Part shown: piece after piece, positions 39,003 through 50,156 of the stretch
Numbering within the stretch: position 1 is the stretch's first letter
Layout: each line of letters opens with the position of its first letter
From: an uncultured Lachnospiraceae bacterium
GTDB taxonomy: Bacteria; Bacillota; Clostridia; Lachnospirales; Lachnospiraceae
Direction: 5' to 3'
DNA length: 64,000 bases
Assembly: GCA_964475115.1 (NCBI GenBank)
Contig: CAYYVJ010000001.1
Coordinates: forward strand, 8,809 to 72,808
Program-made: the position numbers and the translations under genes
Notes under the pieces: generated by a model
Told to the model about the DNA's origin: nothing
The model's database searches: none
Seen by the model: only the letters and a program-made list of their open reading frames with translations

Positions 39003-39121
39003 AGTATTCCTTGAGAAAACAAATTTATACCAATTAGGAAAAGGTTTATTGCAGATATAGCTTTTCATATGATATAATAAAGCAGAAATACTTGCTTGCA
39101 AGTGTATTTCTGCGAATGTTG

Positions 39122-39144
39122 ATCATGAATCAAGGATTCATGAT
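39122..39144. promoter_or_regulatory. Perfect 10-3-10 palindrome abutting the aroC -10 element (candidate operator)
   Basis: ATCATGAATC-aag-GATTCATGAT. Its last base, T39144, is the first base of TATAAT (39144-49), and TG at 39141-42 gives an extended -10. Confidence 0.5.
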
Positions 39145-39185
39145 ATAATATTGCAAAGGTTTTTTGATAGAAGGAGATAAATAAT

Positions 39186-40286
39186 ATGGCTGGTTCAATA
39201 TATGGAAAATTATTTCAGGTTTCCACATGGGGTGAATCTCATGGAAAAGGAATTGGTGTTGTAGTAGATGGCTGTCCAGCAGGTTTAGAATTAAGCGAAG
39301 CAGATATACAGATCTTTTTAGATAGAAGAAAACCTGGACAAACCATATATTCAACTCCGCGTGTAGAAGCAGATGAAGTGGAGATTTTATCTGGCGTTTA
39401 TGAAGGCAAGACTACTGGTACGCCTATATCTATGGTAGTATATAATAAAAGACAAAGATCTGCAGATTATTCAGATATTGCTAACTACTATAGGCCAGGT
39501 CATGCAGATTATACATTTGATATGAAATATGGCTTTCGTGACCCTAGAGGCGGTGGAAGAACATCGGGAAGAGAAACTACAGCTAGAGTAGCTGCTGGTG
39601 CTATTGCGATGAAAATACTTAAAACGTTGGGAATTGATATCTATGCATATTCCACAGAAATTGGTGGAATATGCATAGATTATAATAAATTTGATAGAGA
39701 AGAAATTTTGAAAAATCCAGTTTGTATGCCGGATAAAGAAACTGCAGGAAAAGTAGGAGACTACTTAAAGATTCAAATGGATAGAAAAGACTCTGTAGGA
39801 GGTATTATAGAGTGTGTTGTAAATAACATGCCTGTTGGAGTAGGAGAACCTGTTTTTGATAAATTAGAGGCTAATTTGGCTAAAGCTATTATGTCAATAG
39901 GAGCAGTCAGAGGGTTTGAAATAGGGGATGGATTCTTGGTATCTAAAAGTCTTGGTTCTGAGAATAATGATCAATTAAGATTTAATGTGGATGGACAGCT
40001 TGTAAAAGAAAGCAATCATGCAGGCGGTCTTGCAGGAGGTCTTAGTGATGGAGCAGAAATTATCTTTAGAGCCGCAGTGAAGCCAACCTCATCGATTGAG
40101 AGAACGCAAAGGACGGTTAATAAGTTTGGTGAAAATATAGACGTAAATGTAAAAGGTCGACATGACCCTATTATTGTGCCAAGAGCAGTTGTAGTGGTAG
40201 AAGCTATGACAGCCTTAACTGTTTTGGATTTATTATTTATAGGGATGACATCCAAACTTGATAATTTAACAAGGTTTTTCAGCTGA
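39186..40286 (+). CDS. aroC: Chorismate synthase
   Basis: FGESHG-type N-terminus ([12 protein letters not shown]), [21 protein letters not shown]. Confidence 0.92.
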   Translation: MAGSIYGKLFQVSTWGESHGKGIGVVVDGCPAGLELSEADIQIFLDRRKPGQTIYSTPRVEADEVEILSGVYEGKTTGTPISMVVYNKRQRSADYSDIANYYRPGHADYTFDMKYGFRDPRGGGRTSGRETTARVAAGAIAMKILKTLGIDIYAYSTEIGGICIDYNKFDREEILKNPVCMPDKETAGKVGDYLKIQMDRKDSVGGIIECVVNNMPVGVGEPVFDKLEANLAKAIMSIGAVRGFEIGDGFLVSKSLGSENNDQLRFNVDGQLVKESNHAGGLAGGLSDGAEIIFRAAVKPTSSIERTQRTVNKFGENIDVNVKGRHDPIIVPRAVVVVEAMTALTVLDLLFIGMTSKLDNLTRFFS

Positions 40287-40362
40287 AACAGGTTGAAAAA
40301 ATGGGCCTACTTAGGTATACTTGTACTATTACTTTAGCAGAAAGAAAATATGGTGATTTGAA

Positions 40363-41499
40363 TTGGGAACATATCATTTGTTAAATAGAGATGGAAATGC
40401 AAAAAGAGGAGAGTTTCACACCGTTCATGGTGTTATTCAGACTCCAGTTTTTATGAATGTAGGTACAGCAGCAGCTATTAAAGGAGCTGTTTCTACAATG
40501 GATTTACAAGAAATAAAGACTCAAGTTGAACTATCAAATACCTATCATCTTCACCTTAGACCAGGTGATGAAGTGGTGAAAAAACTTGGTGGTATTCATA
40601 AATTTATGGTGTGGGATAAGCCAATATTAACAGATTCAGGTGGATTTCAGGTGTTTTCTTTATCGAATTTAAGAAAGATAAAAGAAGAAGGTGTCCATTT
40701 TAGTTCTCATATTGATGGAAAGAAGATATTCATGGGTCCGGAAGAAAGTATGCAAATTCAATCAAATTTAGCATCTACGATTGCTATGGCTTTTGATGAA
40801 TGTCCACCTTATCCAGCAACAAGAGAATATATGGAAGACTCTGTAAACCGTACAACTAGATGGTTAGAACGTTGTAAAAAAGAAATGCAACGTTTGAATC
40901 AATTAGAAGATACGATAAATAGAGATCAAATGTTATTTGGTATTAATCAAGGTGGAACCTATACGGATATTCGTAGAGAACATGCAAAAAGGATTTCCGA
41001 ATTAGATTTAGATGGATATGCTTTGGGTGGACTTGCTGTCGGAGAGTCACATGATGAAATGTATCGTATTATCGAAGAAACAGTTCCTTATTTACCGATT
41101 GAGAAACCGACCTATTTAATGGGAGTTGGTACTCCTGCAAATATTATAGAAGCGGTTGAACGTGGCGTGGATTTTTTTGATTGTGTGTATCCTAGTAGAA
41201 ACGGAAGACATGGTCATGTTTATACAAACCAAGGGAAATTGAATCTATTTAATGCTAAATTTGAATTGGATGACAGACCCATTGAAGAAGGTTGTCAATG
41301 TCCTGCATGTAAGCATTATAGTAGAGCATATATAAGGCATTTATTAAAAGCAAAAGAAATGCTAGGAATGAGGCTATGTGTACTACATAACCTGTATTTT
41401 TATAATACTATGATGGAAGAAATAAGAGATGCAATCTCAGAAAACCGATTTGCTTCTTATAAAAAAGCAAAGTTAGAAGGTTTTACGGAAGTGAAATAG
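40363..41499 (+). CDS. tgt: Queuine tRNA-ribosyltransferase
   Basis: TPVFMNVGT, LTDSGGFQV, and the zinc site CQCPACKHYSRAYIRHL. Apparent TTG start. Confidence 0.9.
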   Translation: MGTYHLLNRDGNAKRGEFHTVHGVIQTPVFMNVGTAAAIKGAVSTMDLQEIKTQVELSNTYHLHLRPGDEVVKKLGGIHKFMVWDKPILTDSGGFQVFSLSNLRKIKEEGVHFSSHIDGKKIFMGPEESMQIQSNLASTIAMAFDECPPYPATREYMEDSVNRTTRWLERCKKEMQRLNQLEDTINRDQMLFGINQGGTYTDIRREHAKRISELDLDGYALGGLAVGESHDEMYRIIEETVPYLPIEKPTYLMGVGTPANIIEAVERGVDFFDCVYPSRNGRHGHVYTNQGKLNLFNAKFELDDRPIEEGCQCPACKHYSRAYIRHLLKAKEMLGMRLCVLHNLYFYNTMMEEIRDAISENRFASYKKAKLEGFTEVK

Positions 41500-41562
41500 A
41501 AATAGATTTTATGTTGCGATAAAATCGCATTTAAAATAGAAAATGATTTTAGGAGGAAGATT

Positions 41563-41877
41563 ATGTTTATATTAGAAGCAGGAGCAGCAGGTGCTGGAAG
41601 CATGAGCCTAATTGGCGTAGTGCTTTACATTGTGGTAATAGGTGCTTTTTTCTACTTTATGTTATTCAGACCACAAAAGAAACAACAACAAAAAGCAAAA
41701 GCTATGTTGTCATCTTTAGAAAACGGAGATAGCGTTTTAACAAGTAGTGGATTTTATGGTGTTGTAATAGACATTACAGAAGATACAGTAATCGTGGAAT
41801 TTGGTAATAACAAAAATTGTAGAATCCCAATGCAAAAATCCGCAATCGTACAAATTGAAAAAGCAACAGCAGAATAA
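41563..41877 (+). CDS. yajC: Preprotein translocase subunit YajC
   Basis: Single TM, then FRPQKKQQ and the conserved GDSVLTSSGFYGVV core. Confidence 0.88.
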   Translation: MFILEAGAAGAGSMSLIGVVLYIVVIGAFFYFMLFRPQKKQQQKAKAMLSSLENGDSVLTSSGFYGVVIDITEDTVIVEFGNNKNCRIPMQKSAIVQIEKATAE

Positions 41878-41936
41878 ATATTAAATGTGGACAGGTATGG
41901 ATCTTTGGGATTGTACCTGTCCATATTTAATATTTA
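41875..41936 (+). terminator. Long-stem terminator after yajC
   Basis: AAATATTAAATGTGGACAGGTA ... TACCTGTCCATATTTAATATTT, about 22 bp with one G-T pair. Confidence 0.75.
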
Positions 41937-42065
41937 TTATTGGTTAAATATAAGTTTTAGTTGAAATCTCCTTTGAAATGATATATTATGTAAGTTAATA
42001 TCTTTTCACTGTAATGTATCAACGTGCTAAAAAAAGAACAAAATTATAGAAAAGAGGAATTTACC

Positions 42066-43151
42066 ATGAACTATACGATAGCAGTAATACCTGGAGATGG
42101 AATTGGGCCAGAAATCATAAATGAAGCAAAAAAAGTGCTGAATCAGATATCTAAAAGATTTGGACATGAATTTACATATTCAGAGCTACTTCTAGGAGGA
42201 GCATCAATTGACGTACATGGGGTTCCACTAACAGATGAAGCTATTTCAACAGCAAAATCTTGTGATGCTGTCCTTATGGGATCTATAGGTGGTAATACGA
42301 CGACCTCACCTTGGTATCAATTAGAGCCAAGTCTTAGACCTGAAGCAGGATTATTAAAGATAAGAAAAGAATTAAATTTGTTTGCAAATTTAAGGCCAGC
42401 TATTCTGTATCCTGAATTAAAAGCTGCATGTCCTCTAAAAGATGAGATTATTTCTTTTGGTTTTGACATCATGATTGTTCGTGAACTAACTGGAGGACTT
42501 TACTTTGGAAAAAGAGGAACAGTAGAGGAAAACGGATATTTGAAAGCATTTGATACTCTTACCTATGATGAACATGAAATTAGACGAATTGCAAAACGTG
42601 CTTTCGATATTGCAATGAAGAGAAATAAAAAGTTGACAAGTGTAGATAAAGCAAATGTTCTTGATTCTTCAAGACTTTGGAGAAAAATAGTAATAGAAGT
42701 TTCTAAAGATTATCCAGAAGTAGAACTAGAGCATATGTTAGTAGATAATTGTGCAATGCAATTAGTAAGAGATCCAAAACAGTTTGATGTCATTTTAACG
42801 GAGAACATGTTCGGAGATATTCTTTCGGATGAGGCCAGCATGATAACTGGATCCATTGGAATGTTAGCTTCAGCTAGCTTAAACGATACTAAATTAGGTT
42901 TATATGAACCAAGTCATGGTTCAGCGCCAGATATTGCTGGGCAAGGTATTGCAAATCCAATTGCAACTATATTATCAGCAGCGATGATGCTAAGATATTC
43001 CTTTGATTTAGATAAGGAAGCAGATGCCATAGAAAAGGCAGTGAAACGAGTCTTACAAGAAGGATATCGGACAGGAGATATCATGACAGAAGGATTAAAA
43101 AAGGTAGGCACCGAGCAAATGGGTGACTTAATTATTCAATATATAGATTAA
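42066..43151 (+). CDS. leuB: 3-isopropylmalate dehydrogenase
   Basis: [49 protein letters not shown]. The ATG at 42066 follows AGAGGAA. Confidence 0.9.
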   Translation: MNYTIAVIPGDGIGPEIINEAKKVLNQISKRFGHEFTYSELLLGGASIDVHGVPLTDEAISTAKSCDAVLMGSIGGNTTTSPWYQLEPSLRPEAGLLKIRKELNLFANLRPAILYPELKAACPLKDEIISFGFDIMIVRELTGGLYFGKRGTVEENGYLKAFDTLTYDEHEIRRIAKRAFDIAMKRNKKLTSVDKANVLDSSRLWRKIVIEVSKDYPEVELEHMLVDNCAMQLVRDPKQFDVILTENMFGDILSDEASMITGSIGMLASASLNDTKLGLYEPSHGSAPDIAGQGIANPIATILSAAMMLRYSFDLDKEADAIEKAVKRVLQEGYRTGDIMTEGLKKVGTEQMGDLIIQYID

Positions 43152-43168
43152 AAAAAGGAGACGAGAAC

Positions 43169-44839
43169 ATGAGAAGTGATTCAATTACAAAAGGTATACA
43201 ACAGGCACCCCATAGATCGTTACTGAATGCTTTAGGTCTAACGGCAGAAGAAAAAAATAGACCAATTATAGGTATTGTTAGCTCACATAATGAAATTGTT
43301 CCTGGACATATAAATATAGATAAAATTGTAGATGCAGTTAAAATGGGAGTTGCAATGGCTGGTGGGACACCACTTGTATTTCCTGCTATTGCAGTTTGTG
43401 ATGGAATAGCGATGGGACATGTGGGAATGAAATATTCCCTTGCGACAAGAGAATTAATTGCAGATTCGACAGAATCGGTAGCTATGGCGCATGCATTTGA
43501 TGCATTAGTAATGGTTCCCAACTGTGATAAAAATGTTCCGGGGCTTTTAATGGCAGCAGCAAGGCTAAATATTCCTACCATATTTGTAAGTGGTGGACCA
43601 ATGCTTGCTGGACGTGTAAACGGAGAAAAAACAAGTCTGTCATCTATGTTTGAAGCGGTTGGAGCTTATACTGCGGGGAATATGTCATTAGATGAAGTTG
43701 AAGAATATGAAAATAAAGTATGTGCATCCTGTGGGTCGTGTTCAGGTATGTATACAGCAAATAGTATGAACTGCTTAACAGAAGTGTTAGGTATGGGCTT
43801 AAAAGGAAATGGAACCATTCCTGCAGTGTATTCCGAGAGAATAAGATTAGCAAAACATGCCGGAATGAAGATAATGGAATTATTGGAAAAAGACATAAAA
43901 CCAAGAGACATCATGACGAAAGATGCATTTTTAAATGCATTAACAGTTGATATGGCACTGGGGTGTTCTACAAATAGTATGCTTCATTTACCAGCTATTG
44001 CACATGAAGCGGAAATTGAACTTAACCTTGATATGGCAAATGAAATTAGTGCTAAGACACCGAACTTATGCCATCTTGCACCAGCAGGACATACTTATAT
44101 AGAAGATTTAAATGAGGCTGGCGGAGTATATGCGGTAATGAATGAGTTAGCAAAGAAGAAGTTACTTCATCTAGATGGTATTACTGCTACTGGGAAGACG
44201 GTAGGAGAGAACATAAAGGGATGTATCAATTACAATCATGAAGTTATTAGACCTATTGAAAATCCATATAGTGAAACTGGTGGAATTGCAGTATTAAAGG
44301 GAAATCTAGCTCCAGACTCTGGAGTAGTAAAACGTTCCGCCGTGGATGAGAAAATGATGGTACATGAAGGACCTGCAAGAGTATTTGACTGTGAAGAAGA
44401 TGCGATTGAAGCTATCAAAGGAGGAAAAATAGTATCCGGAGATGTAGTTGTTATTCGTTATGAAGGTCCAAAAGGTGGTCCAGGTATGAGAGAAATGTTA
44501 AATCCTACTTCTGCTATAGCGGGTATGGGACTAGATACAAGTGTTGCGTTGATAACGGATGGAAGATTTTCTGGTGCTTCTAGAGGTGCATCTATTGGGC
44601 ATGTGTCACCAGAAGCCGCTGTAGGTGGAAATATTGCTCTTGTAGAAGAAGGAGATATAATAAAAATAAATATTCCAGAAAATACCTTGGATTTTGTGAT
44701 TACAGAGGATGAGTTAGAAGAAAGACGTAAAAGATGGCAGCCAAGACAAGCAAAAATTACAACTGGTTATTTAGCACGTTATGCAGCTATGGTAACTTCA
44801 GGAAATAAAGGTGCGATACTCGAAATTCCTACAAAATAA
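43169..44839 (+). CDS. ilvD: Dihydroxy-acid dehydratase
   Basis: [34 protein letters not shown]. Confidence 0.93.
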   Translation: MRSDSITKGIQQAPHRSLLNALGLTAEEKNRPIIGIVSSHNEIVPGHINIDKIVDAVKMGVAMAGGTPLVFPAIAVCDGIAMGHVGMKYSLATRELIADSTESVAMAHAFDALVMVPNCDKNVPGLLMAAARLNIPTIFVSGGPMLAGRVNGEKTSLSSMFEAVGAYTAGNMSLDEVEEYENKVCASCGSCSGMYTANSMNCLTEVLGMGLKGNGTIPAVYSERIRLAKHAGMKIMELLEKDIKPRDIMTKDAFLNALTVDMALGCSTNSMLHLPAIAHEAEIELNLDMANEISAKTPNLCHLAPAGHTYIEDLNEAGGVYAVMNELAKKKLLHLDGITATGKTVGENIKGCINYNHEVIRPIENPYSETGGIAVLKGNLAPDSGVVKRSAVDEKMMVHEGPARVFDCEEDAIEAIKGGKIVSGDVVVIRYEGPKGGPGMREMLNPTSAIAGMGLDTSVALITDGRFSGASRGASIGHVSPEAAVGGNIALVEEGDIIKINIPENTLDFVITEDELEERRKRWQPRQAKITTGYLARYAAMVTSGNKGAILEIPTK

Positions 44840-44855
44840 GAAAGGTTGGTAGCTT

Positions 44856-46535
44856 ATGCAAATAAATGGATCGGAAATTGTTGTAGAATGTTTAAAGGAA
44901 CAAGGTGTAGATATTGTTTTTGGGTATCCGGGTGGTGCGATATTAAATATATATGACGCTTTGTACAAACACTCGAAAGAGATAACGCATATACTAACCT
45001 CGCATGAACAGGGAGCATCCCATGCAGCAGATGGTTATGCTAGAGCTACAGGTAAGGTAGGTGTTTGTCTTGCAACTTCAGGACCAGGAGCAACAAACTT
45101 AGTAACAGGAATTGCTACTGCTTATATGGATTCTGTTCCTATGGTAGCAATTACCGCAAATGTAACAGTACCTTTATTAGGAAGAGATAGTTTCCAAGAG
45201 GTTGATATAGCTGGAATTACGATGCCTATTACAAAGCATAGTTATATTGTTAAAGATATTAATAAATTAGCTGATACCATAAGAAAAGCTTTTGAAATTG
45301 CAAGTACAGGGAGACCAGGTCCAGTATTAGTAGATATTGCCAAAGATGTTACGGCAGCTATTACAGAATATAAAAGACAGACACCAAATCCAATCGAAAG
45401 AGTTACAAAAAACATTAGGGAAGAAGACCTTGATAGAGCAATTGAATTAATTGAAGAATCTAAAAAACCTTATGTATTTGTGGGTGGTGGTTCAATTATA
45501 TCAGGTGCAAATAGAGAGTTAGATGAATTTGTTCATAAATTACAGGCTCCAGTAGCTGATACGCTAATGGGTAAAGGTGGATTTAATGGAAATGATCCGC
45601 TATATACAGGAATGCTTGGTATGCATGGAACAAAGACATCAAATTTTGGAATCTCCGAATGTGATTTGCTAGTTGTTGTAGGAGCAAGATTTAATGATAG
45701 AGTAACAGGAAATGCTAAAAAGTTTGCGAAGCATGCAAAAATACTTCAAATTGATGTTGATCCGGCAGAAATTAATAAGAATATAATGACTCATGCAAGT
45801 ATTATTGGAGATATAAAGGTTGTATTAGAGAGATTAAATAAGAAAATGTCTCAGTACAATCATAGTGAATGGATCGATAAGGTTACTGAAATGAAAAGAA
45901 TATATCCGTTAAATATTAGTGAAGAAACATTATCAGGTCCTTATGTAATTCAAAAGATTTATGAAATTACAAAAGGAGATGCTATCATCACAACAGATGT
46001 AGGACAACATCAAATGTGGGCAGCCCAATGTTTTAATTATAGTAAGCCTAGAACCTATATTACATCAGGTGGACTAGGAACCATGGGATTTGGTTTAGGT
46101 GCTAGTATTGGTGCAAAACTAGGTAAAAAAGATAAATTGGTATTTAATATTGCTGGAGATGGATGTTTCCGTATGAATATGAATGAAATTGCAACTGCGA
46201 CCAGGTATAATATTCCGATTATTCAAGTAGTTCTAAATAATCATGTTCTTGGAATGGTAAGACAATGGCAAGACTTGTTTTATGGGCAAAGATATTCTCA
46301 TACAATATTAAATGATAGTGTGGATTTTGTTAAATTATCTGAAGCAATGGGGGCGAAAGCATACCTGGTTACAAAACCAGAAGAGTTGGAGCCGGTACTA
46401 AGGGAGGCGATTGAACTAAACGCTCCTGTAGTTATTGAATGTCACATAGACAGTAATGACAAGGTATGGCCAATGGTTGCACCAGGAAAGGCACTTGCGG
46501 ATACATTTAGTCAAGAGGATTTAAAAGATAAATAA
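44856..46535 (+). CDS. ilvB: Acetolactate synthase large (catalytic) subunit
   Basis: ThDP enzyme: GYPGGAIL, TSGPGATN, GLGTMGFGLGASIGA, GDGCFRMN. Confidence 0.9.
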   Translation: MQINGSEIVVECLKEQGVDIVFGYPGGAILNIYDALYKHSKEITHILTSHEQGASHAADGYARATGKVGVCLATSGPGATNLVTGIATAYMDSVPMVAITANVTVPLLGRDSFQEVDIAGITMPITKHSYIVKDINKLADTIRKAFEIASTGRPGPVLVDIAKDVTAAITEYKRQTPNPIERVTKNIREEDLDRAIELIEESKKPYVFVGGGSIISGANRELDEFVHKLQAPVADTLMGKGGFNGNDPLYTGMLGMHGTKTSNFGISECDLLVVVGARFNDRVTGNAKKFAKHAKILQIDVDPAEINKNIMTHASIIGDIKVVLERLNKKMSQYNHSEWIDKVTEMKRIYPLNISEETLSGPYVIQKIYEITKGDAIITTDVGQHQMWAAQCFNYSKPRTYITSGGLGTMGFGLGASIGAKLGKKDKLVFNIAGDGCFRMNMNEIATATRYNIPIIQVVLNNHVLGMVRQWQDLFYGQRYSHTILNDSVDFVKLSEAMGAKAYLVTKPEELEPVLREAIELNAPVVIECHIDSNDKVWPMVAPGKALADTFSQEDLKDK

Positions 46536-46558
46536 GAATGTTTAAGGAGGATATGAAA

Positions 46559-47641
46559 ATGGGAAGAGTGTTTAATTTTTCAGCAGGACCTGCAGTGTTG
46601 CCAGAAGAGGTTTTAAAAGAAGCGGCAGCAGAAATGCTAGATTATAAGGGAACTGGTATGTCTGTAATGGAGATGAGTCATCGTTCCAAGGCTTACCAAG
46701 AGATTATAGATACAGCAGAGGCAGATTTAAGAGAGCTGATGAAAATCCCAGAAAACTATAAAGTTTTATTTTTACAGGGTGGAGCATCTCAACAGTTTGC
46801 AATGATTCCAATGAATTTGATGAAGAATAAAAAAGCAGACTATATTGTGACAGGACAATGGGCAAAAAAAGCTTTTCAAGAAGGTAAGATATATGGAGCG
46901 GCTAGAGCAATTGCATCTTCAGAAGATAAGACATTTTCTTATATACCAGATTGTTCGGATTTAGATATTGATCCAGAGGCTGATTATGTGCACATCTGTG
47001 AAAATAATACTATTTATGGAACAAAATTTAAGACATTGCCTAATACAAAGGGTAAAGACCTTGTAGCTGACCTATCTTCCTGTTTTTTGTCTGAGCCGGT
47101 AGATGTATCAAAATATGCACTTATCTATGGTGGTGTACAAAAAAACATTGGACCTGCAGGTGTAGTTATCGTAATTATTCGTGAGGATTTAATTACTGAA
47201 GATACACTAGCTGCTACACCAACTATGTTAAAATATAAAACACATTCAGATAATGGATCCATGTACAATACACCTCCAGCTTATGGAATTTATATATGCG
47301 GAAAAGTGTTTAAATGGCTTAAGAACTTAGGTGGGTTAGAAAAAATGCAAGAGCATAATGAAAAGAAAGCTGCAATTCTTTATGACTTTTTAGATAATAG
47401 TAAATTATTCAAGGGAACTGTTGTAAAAGAAGATCGTTCTCTTATGAATGTACCTTTTGTAACAGGAAATGATAATTTGGATGCTAAGTTTGTAAAAGAG
47501 GCTAAGGCAGCTGGATTTGAAAATTTAAAAGGTCATAGAAGTGTAGGTGGAATGAGAGCTAGTATTTATAATGCAATGCCTATAGATGGCGTAAAAAAAC
47601 TAGTGGAATTTATGGAAAACTTTGAAGCTGAAAACATGTAA
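46559..47641 (+). CDS. serC: Phosphoserine aminotransferase
   Basis: FNFSAGPA, SHRSK, YGGVQKNIGPAG (PLP lysine), GGMRASIYNAM. Confidence 0.92.
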   Translation: MGRVFNFSAGPAVLPEEVLKEAAAEMLDYKGTGMSVMEMSHRSKAYQEIIDTAEADLRELMKIPENYKVLFLQGGASQQFAMIPMNLMKNKKADYIVTGQWAKKAFQEGKIYGAARAIASSEDKTFSYIPDCSDLDIDPEADYVHICENNTIYGTKFKTLPNTKGKDLVADLSSCFLSEPVDVSKYALIYGGVQKNIGPAGVVIVIIREDLITEDTLAATPTMLKYKTHSDNGSMYNTPPAYGIYICGKVFKWLKNLGGLEKMQEHNEKKAAILYDFLDNSKLFKGTVVKEDRSLMNVPFVTGNDNLDAKFVKEAKAAGFENLKGHRSVGGMRASIYNAMPIDGVKKLVEFMENFEAENM

Positions 47642-47666
47642 TTTGGGGAAAAAGAGGAGTATCAAA

Positions 47667-48830
47667 ATGTATAATATTCATTGCTTAAATAAAATATCAA
47701 AAATTGGAACTGATTTATTAACAAAGAATTATGAGTTAACAGATGATATAAATAGTGCAGATGGAGTATTAGTACGAAGCGCAGCTATGCATGATATGGA
47801 ATTTTCTGACTCAATAAAAGCAGTAGCTAGAGCCGGTGCAGGAGTAAATAATATTCCTATCGAGGAATGTGCTAAAAAAGGAATTGTTGTTTTCAATACT
47901 CCAGGTGCAAACGCAAATTCGGTTAAAGAAATAGTATTAGCGGGATTATTGCTGGCTTCCCGTGATATTGTGGGTGGAATCAATTGGGTTCAATCAGCAA
48001 AAGAGGACGAGAATATTGCCAAATCAGTTGAAAAGGAAAAATCTAAATTTGCAGGGAATGAGATTTCTGGAAAGAAATTAGGAGTAATTGGCCTTGGTGC
48101 AATCGGAATTAAAGTTGCAAATGCAGCCTTAAATCTTGGAATGGAAGTGTATGGATATGATCCATATATATCTGTAGAAGCAGCATGGAATTTATCTAGA
48201 AGTGTAGTTCATATTAATGCAATTGAAAGAATATTTTCAGAATGTGATTATATTACTCTTCATTTACCATTAACGGATACTACAAAAGAGATGATTAATA
48301 AAGAATCTTTGGACTTAATGAAAGAGGGTGTTGTTATTCTTAACTTTTCAAGAGACCTTCTTGTTAAGGATGATGACATCGAGATAGCATTAAAAGCAGG
48401 TAAAGTAAAAAAATATGTAACAGATTTTCCAAATGCAAAAACTGCAAATTTTGAAAATGTAATTGCAATTCCTCATCTGGGGGCATCAACAGAAGAGGCA
48501 GAGGACAATTGTGCGGTTATGGCAATAAAACAATTAATGGATTATCTTGAAAATGGAAATATCAAAAATTCAGTCAATTATCCTAACTGTGACATGGGTA
48601 TATGCCAAAAGGCTGGTAGAATCGTAATTCATCATAAAAATATTCCTAATATGCTTGCAAAATTTACTGGTGCTCTTTCAGAAAAGGATATTAATATCTC
48701 TGATTTGATTAATAAAAGTAAGGGTGAATATTCTTATACTATGATAGATCTGGATTCACCTGCCAATGAAGAACTAATAGAAGTAATTTGTGAAATTAAG
48801 GACGTAATTAAAGTTAGAATTATAAAGTAA
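47667..48830 (+). CDS. serA: D-3-phosphoglycerate dehydrogenase (with C-terminal ACT-like domain)
   Basis: NAD-binding GVIGLGAIG, catalytic region HLGAST, 2-hydroxyacid dehydrogenase fold. Confidence 0.88.
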   Translation: MYNIHCLNKISKIGTDLLTKNYELTDDINSADGVLVRSAAMHDMEFSDSIKAVARAGAGVNNIPIEECAKKGIVVFNTPGANANSVKEIVLAGLLLASRDIVGGINWVQSAKEDENIAKSVEKEKSKFAGNEISGKKLGVIGLGAIGIKVANAALNLGMEVYGYDPYISVEAAWNLSRSVVHINAIERIFSECDYITLHLPLTDTTKEMINKESLDLMKEGVVILNFSRDLLVKDDDIEIALKAGKVKKYVTDFPNAKTANFENVIAIPHLGASTEEAEDNCAVMAIKQLMDYLENGNIKNSVNYPNCDMGICQKAGRIVIHHKNIPNMLAKFTGALSEKDINISDLINKSKGEYSYTMIDLDSPANEELIEVICEIKDVIKVRIIK

Positions 48831-48897
48831 AAGTAATTAGGTTGGTCTGATAACAGGCCAACCTATATATTAGTTTAAGAATGTGGAGGAAGATAAC

Positions 48898-50136
48898 ATG
48901 GCTATTATTAAACCATTCAAGAGTGTAAGACCAGACATTAAGGTAGCAAAAAGAGTGGCAGCATTGCCATATGACGTGTATAACAGAGAAGAGGCACTAG
49001 CAGAAGTACAAAAAGAACCTTTATCATTTTTAAGAATCGATCGTGCCGAAACATTATTAGATAAATCAGTAGATTCTTATGACAAAAGAGTTTATGCAAA
49101 AGCAAAAGAAACGTTAGAAGCAATGATTCAAGATAAAACTTTTGTTATAGATGATGTAGAATGTTATTATATATATGAACTAACTATGGATGGACGCGCT
49201 CAAACTGGTATTGTGGCATGTGCTTCTATTGATGACTACCAGAATAATGTAATAAAGAAACATGAGAAGACAAGAGCAGACAAAGAAGTTGATCGTATTA
49301 ATCATGTAGATACATGTAATGCTCAAACGGGTCCTATTTTCCTTGCTTACCGTTCTCAGGCTGTTATAAACGATGTAGTAGCTGAAACAAAGAAGGAAGA
49401 AGCCTTATATGATTTTATAGCAGAAGATGGTGTGAAGCATACTGTCTGGAGAATTGACACAGCTTATAAAATAGAAAAATTAAAGAATGCTTTCCTTGCA
49501 GTTGATAGCATTTATATTGCAGATGGACACCACAGGGCAGCATCTGCTGTAAAAGTTGGATTAATGAGAAGAGAAGCAGATACAAACTTTAAAGGAAATG
49601 AAGAATATAATTACTTTTTATCAGTTTTATTTCCTAATGACCAATTGATGATAATGGATTATAATAGAGTTGTAAAAGATTTAAATGGTCATACAAAAGA
49701 AGAATATTTAGATTTGGTATCAGAAAAGTTTTACTTGGAAAAGCTTGGGGAAAAGGCGTATAAACCTGAGAAGGCTCATGAGATTGGAATGTTTTTAGAT
49801 AATGAATGGTATAAGCTTACGGTAAAAGAAGCATTTTTATCTTCGGATCCAGTAGAAGGCTTAGATGTTTCCATATTACAGAACCATCTTTTGACTCCTG
49901 TTTTAGGAATAGGAGATCCAAGAACCGATCAAAGAGTGGATTTTATTGGCGGAATTCGTGGCCTAAAAGAATTAGAGAGACGAGTGAATGAGGATATGGA
50001 AGTAGCATTTGCTATGTATCCAACTTCTATTGACGAGCTATTTTCTGTGTCTGATGCTGATATGTTGATGCCACCAAAATCAACATGGTTTGAACCAAAA
50101 CTTCGAAGTGGACTGTTTATACACAAATTAGTATAA
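48898..50136 (+). CDS. DUF1015 family protein
   Basis: IKPFKSVRP N-terminus, KHEKTR, ADGHHR and FEPKLRSGL, which are hallmark DUF1015 motifs. Confidence 0.75.
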   Translation: MAIIKPFKSVRPDIKVAKRVAALPYDVYNREEALAEVQKEPLSFLRIDRAETLLDKSVDSYDKRVYAKAKETLEAMIQDKTFVIDDVECYYIYELTMDGRAQTGIVACASIDDYQNNVIKKHEKTRADKEVDRINHVDTCNAQTGPIFLAYRSQAVINDVVAETKKEEALYDFIAEDGVKHTVWRIDTAYKIEKLKNAFLAVDSIYIADGHHRAASAVKVGLMRREADTNFKGNEEYNYFLSVLFPNDQLMIMDYNRVVKDLNGHTKEEYLDLVSEKFYLEKLGEKAYKPEKAHEIGMFLDNEWYKLTVKEAFLSSDPVEGLDVSILQNHLLTPVLGIGDPRTDQRVDFIGGIRGLKELERRVNEDMEVAFAMYPTSIDELFSVSDADMLMPPKSTWFEPKLRSGLFIHKLV

Positions 50137-50156
50137 GGGTAACAGGAGGCGTTGAA

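Noticed and set aside
39003-39101. ORF-track N-terminal extension of the DUF1113 membrane protein
   Set aside because: The extension spans a strong hairpin and lacks an SD. An internal ATG at 39002 has AAGGA upstream and leaves the conserved membrane core intact.
43132-43581. 149-aa ORF antisense to ilvD
   Set aside because: It overlaps the conserved ilvD N-terminus and the leuB end. It has no SD and no recognisable motif. This is a shadow ORF.
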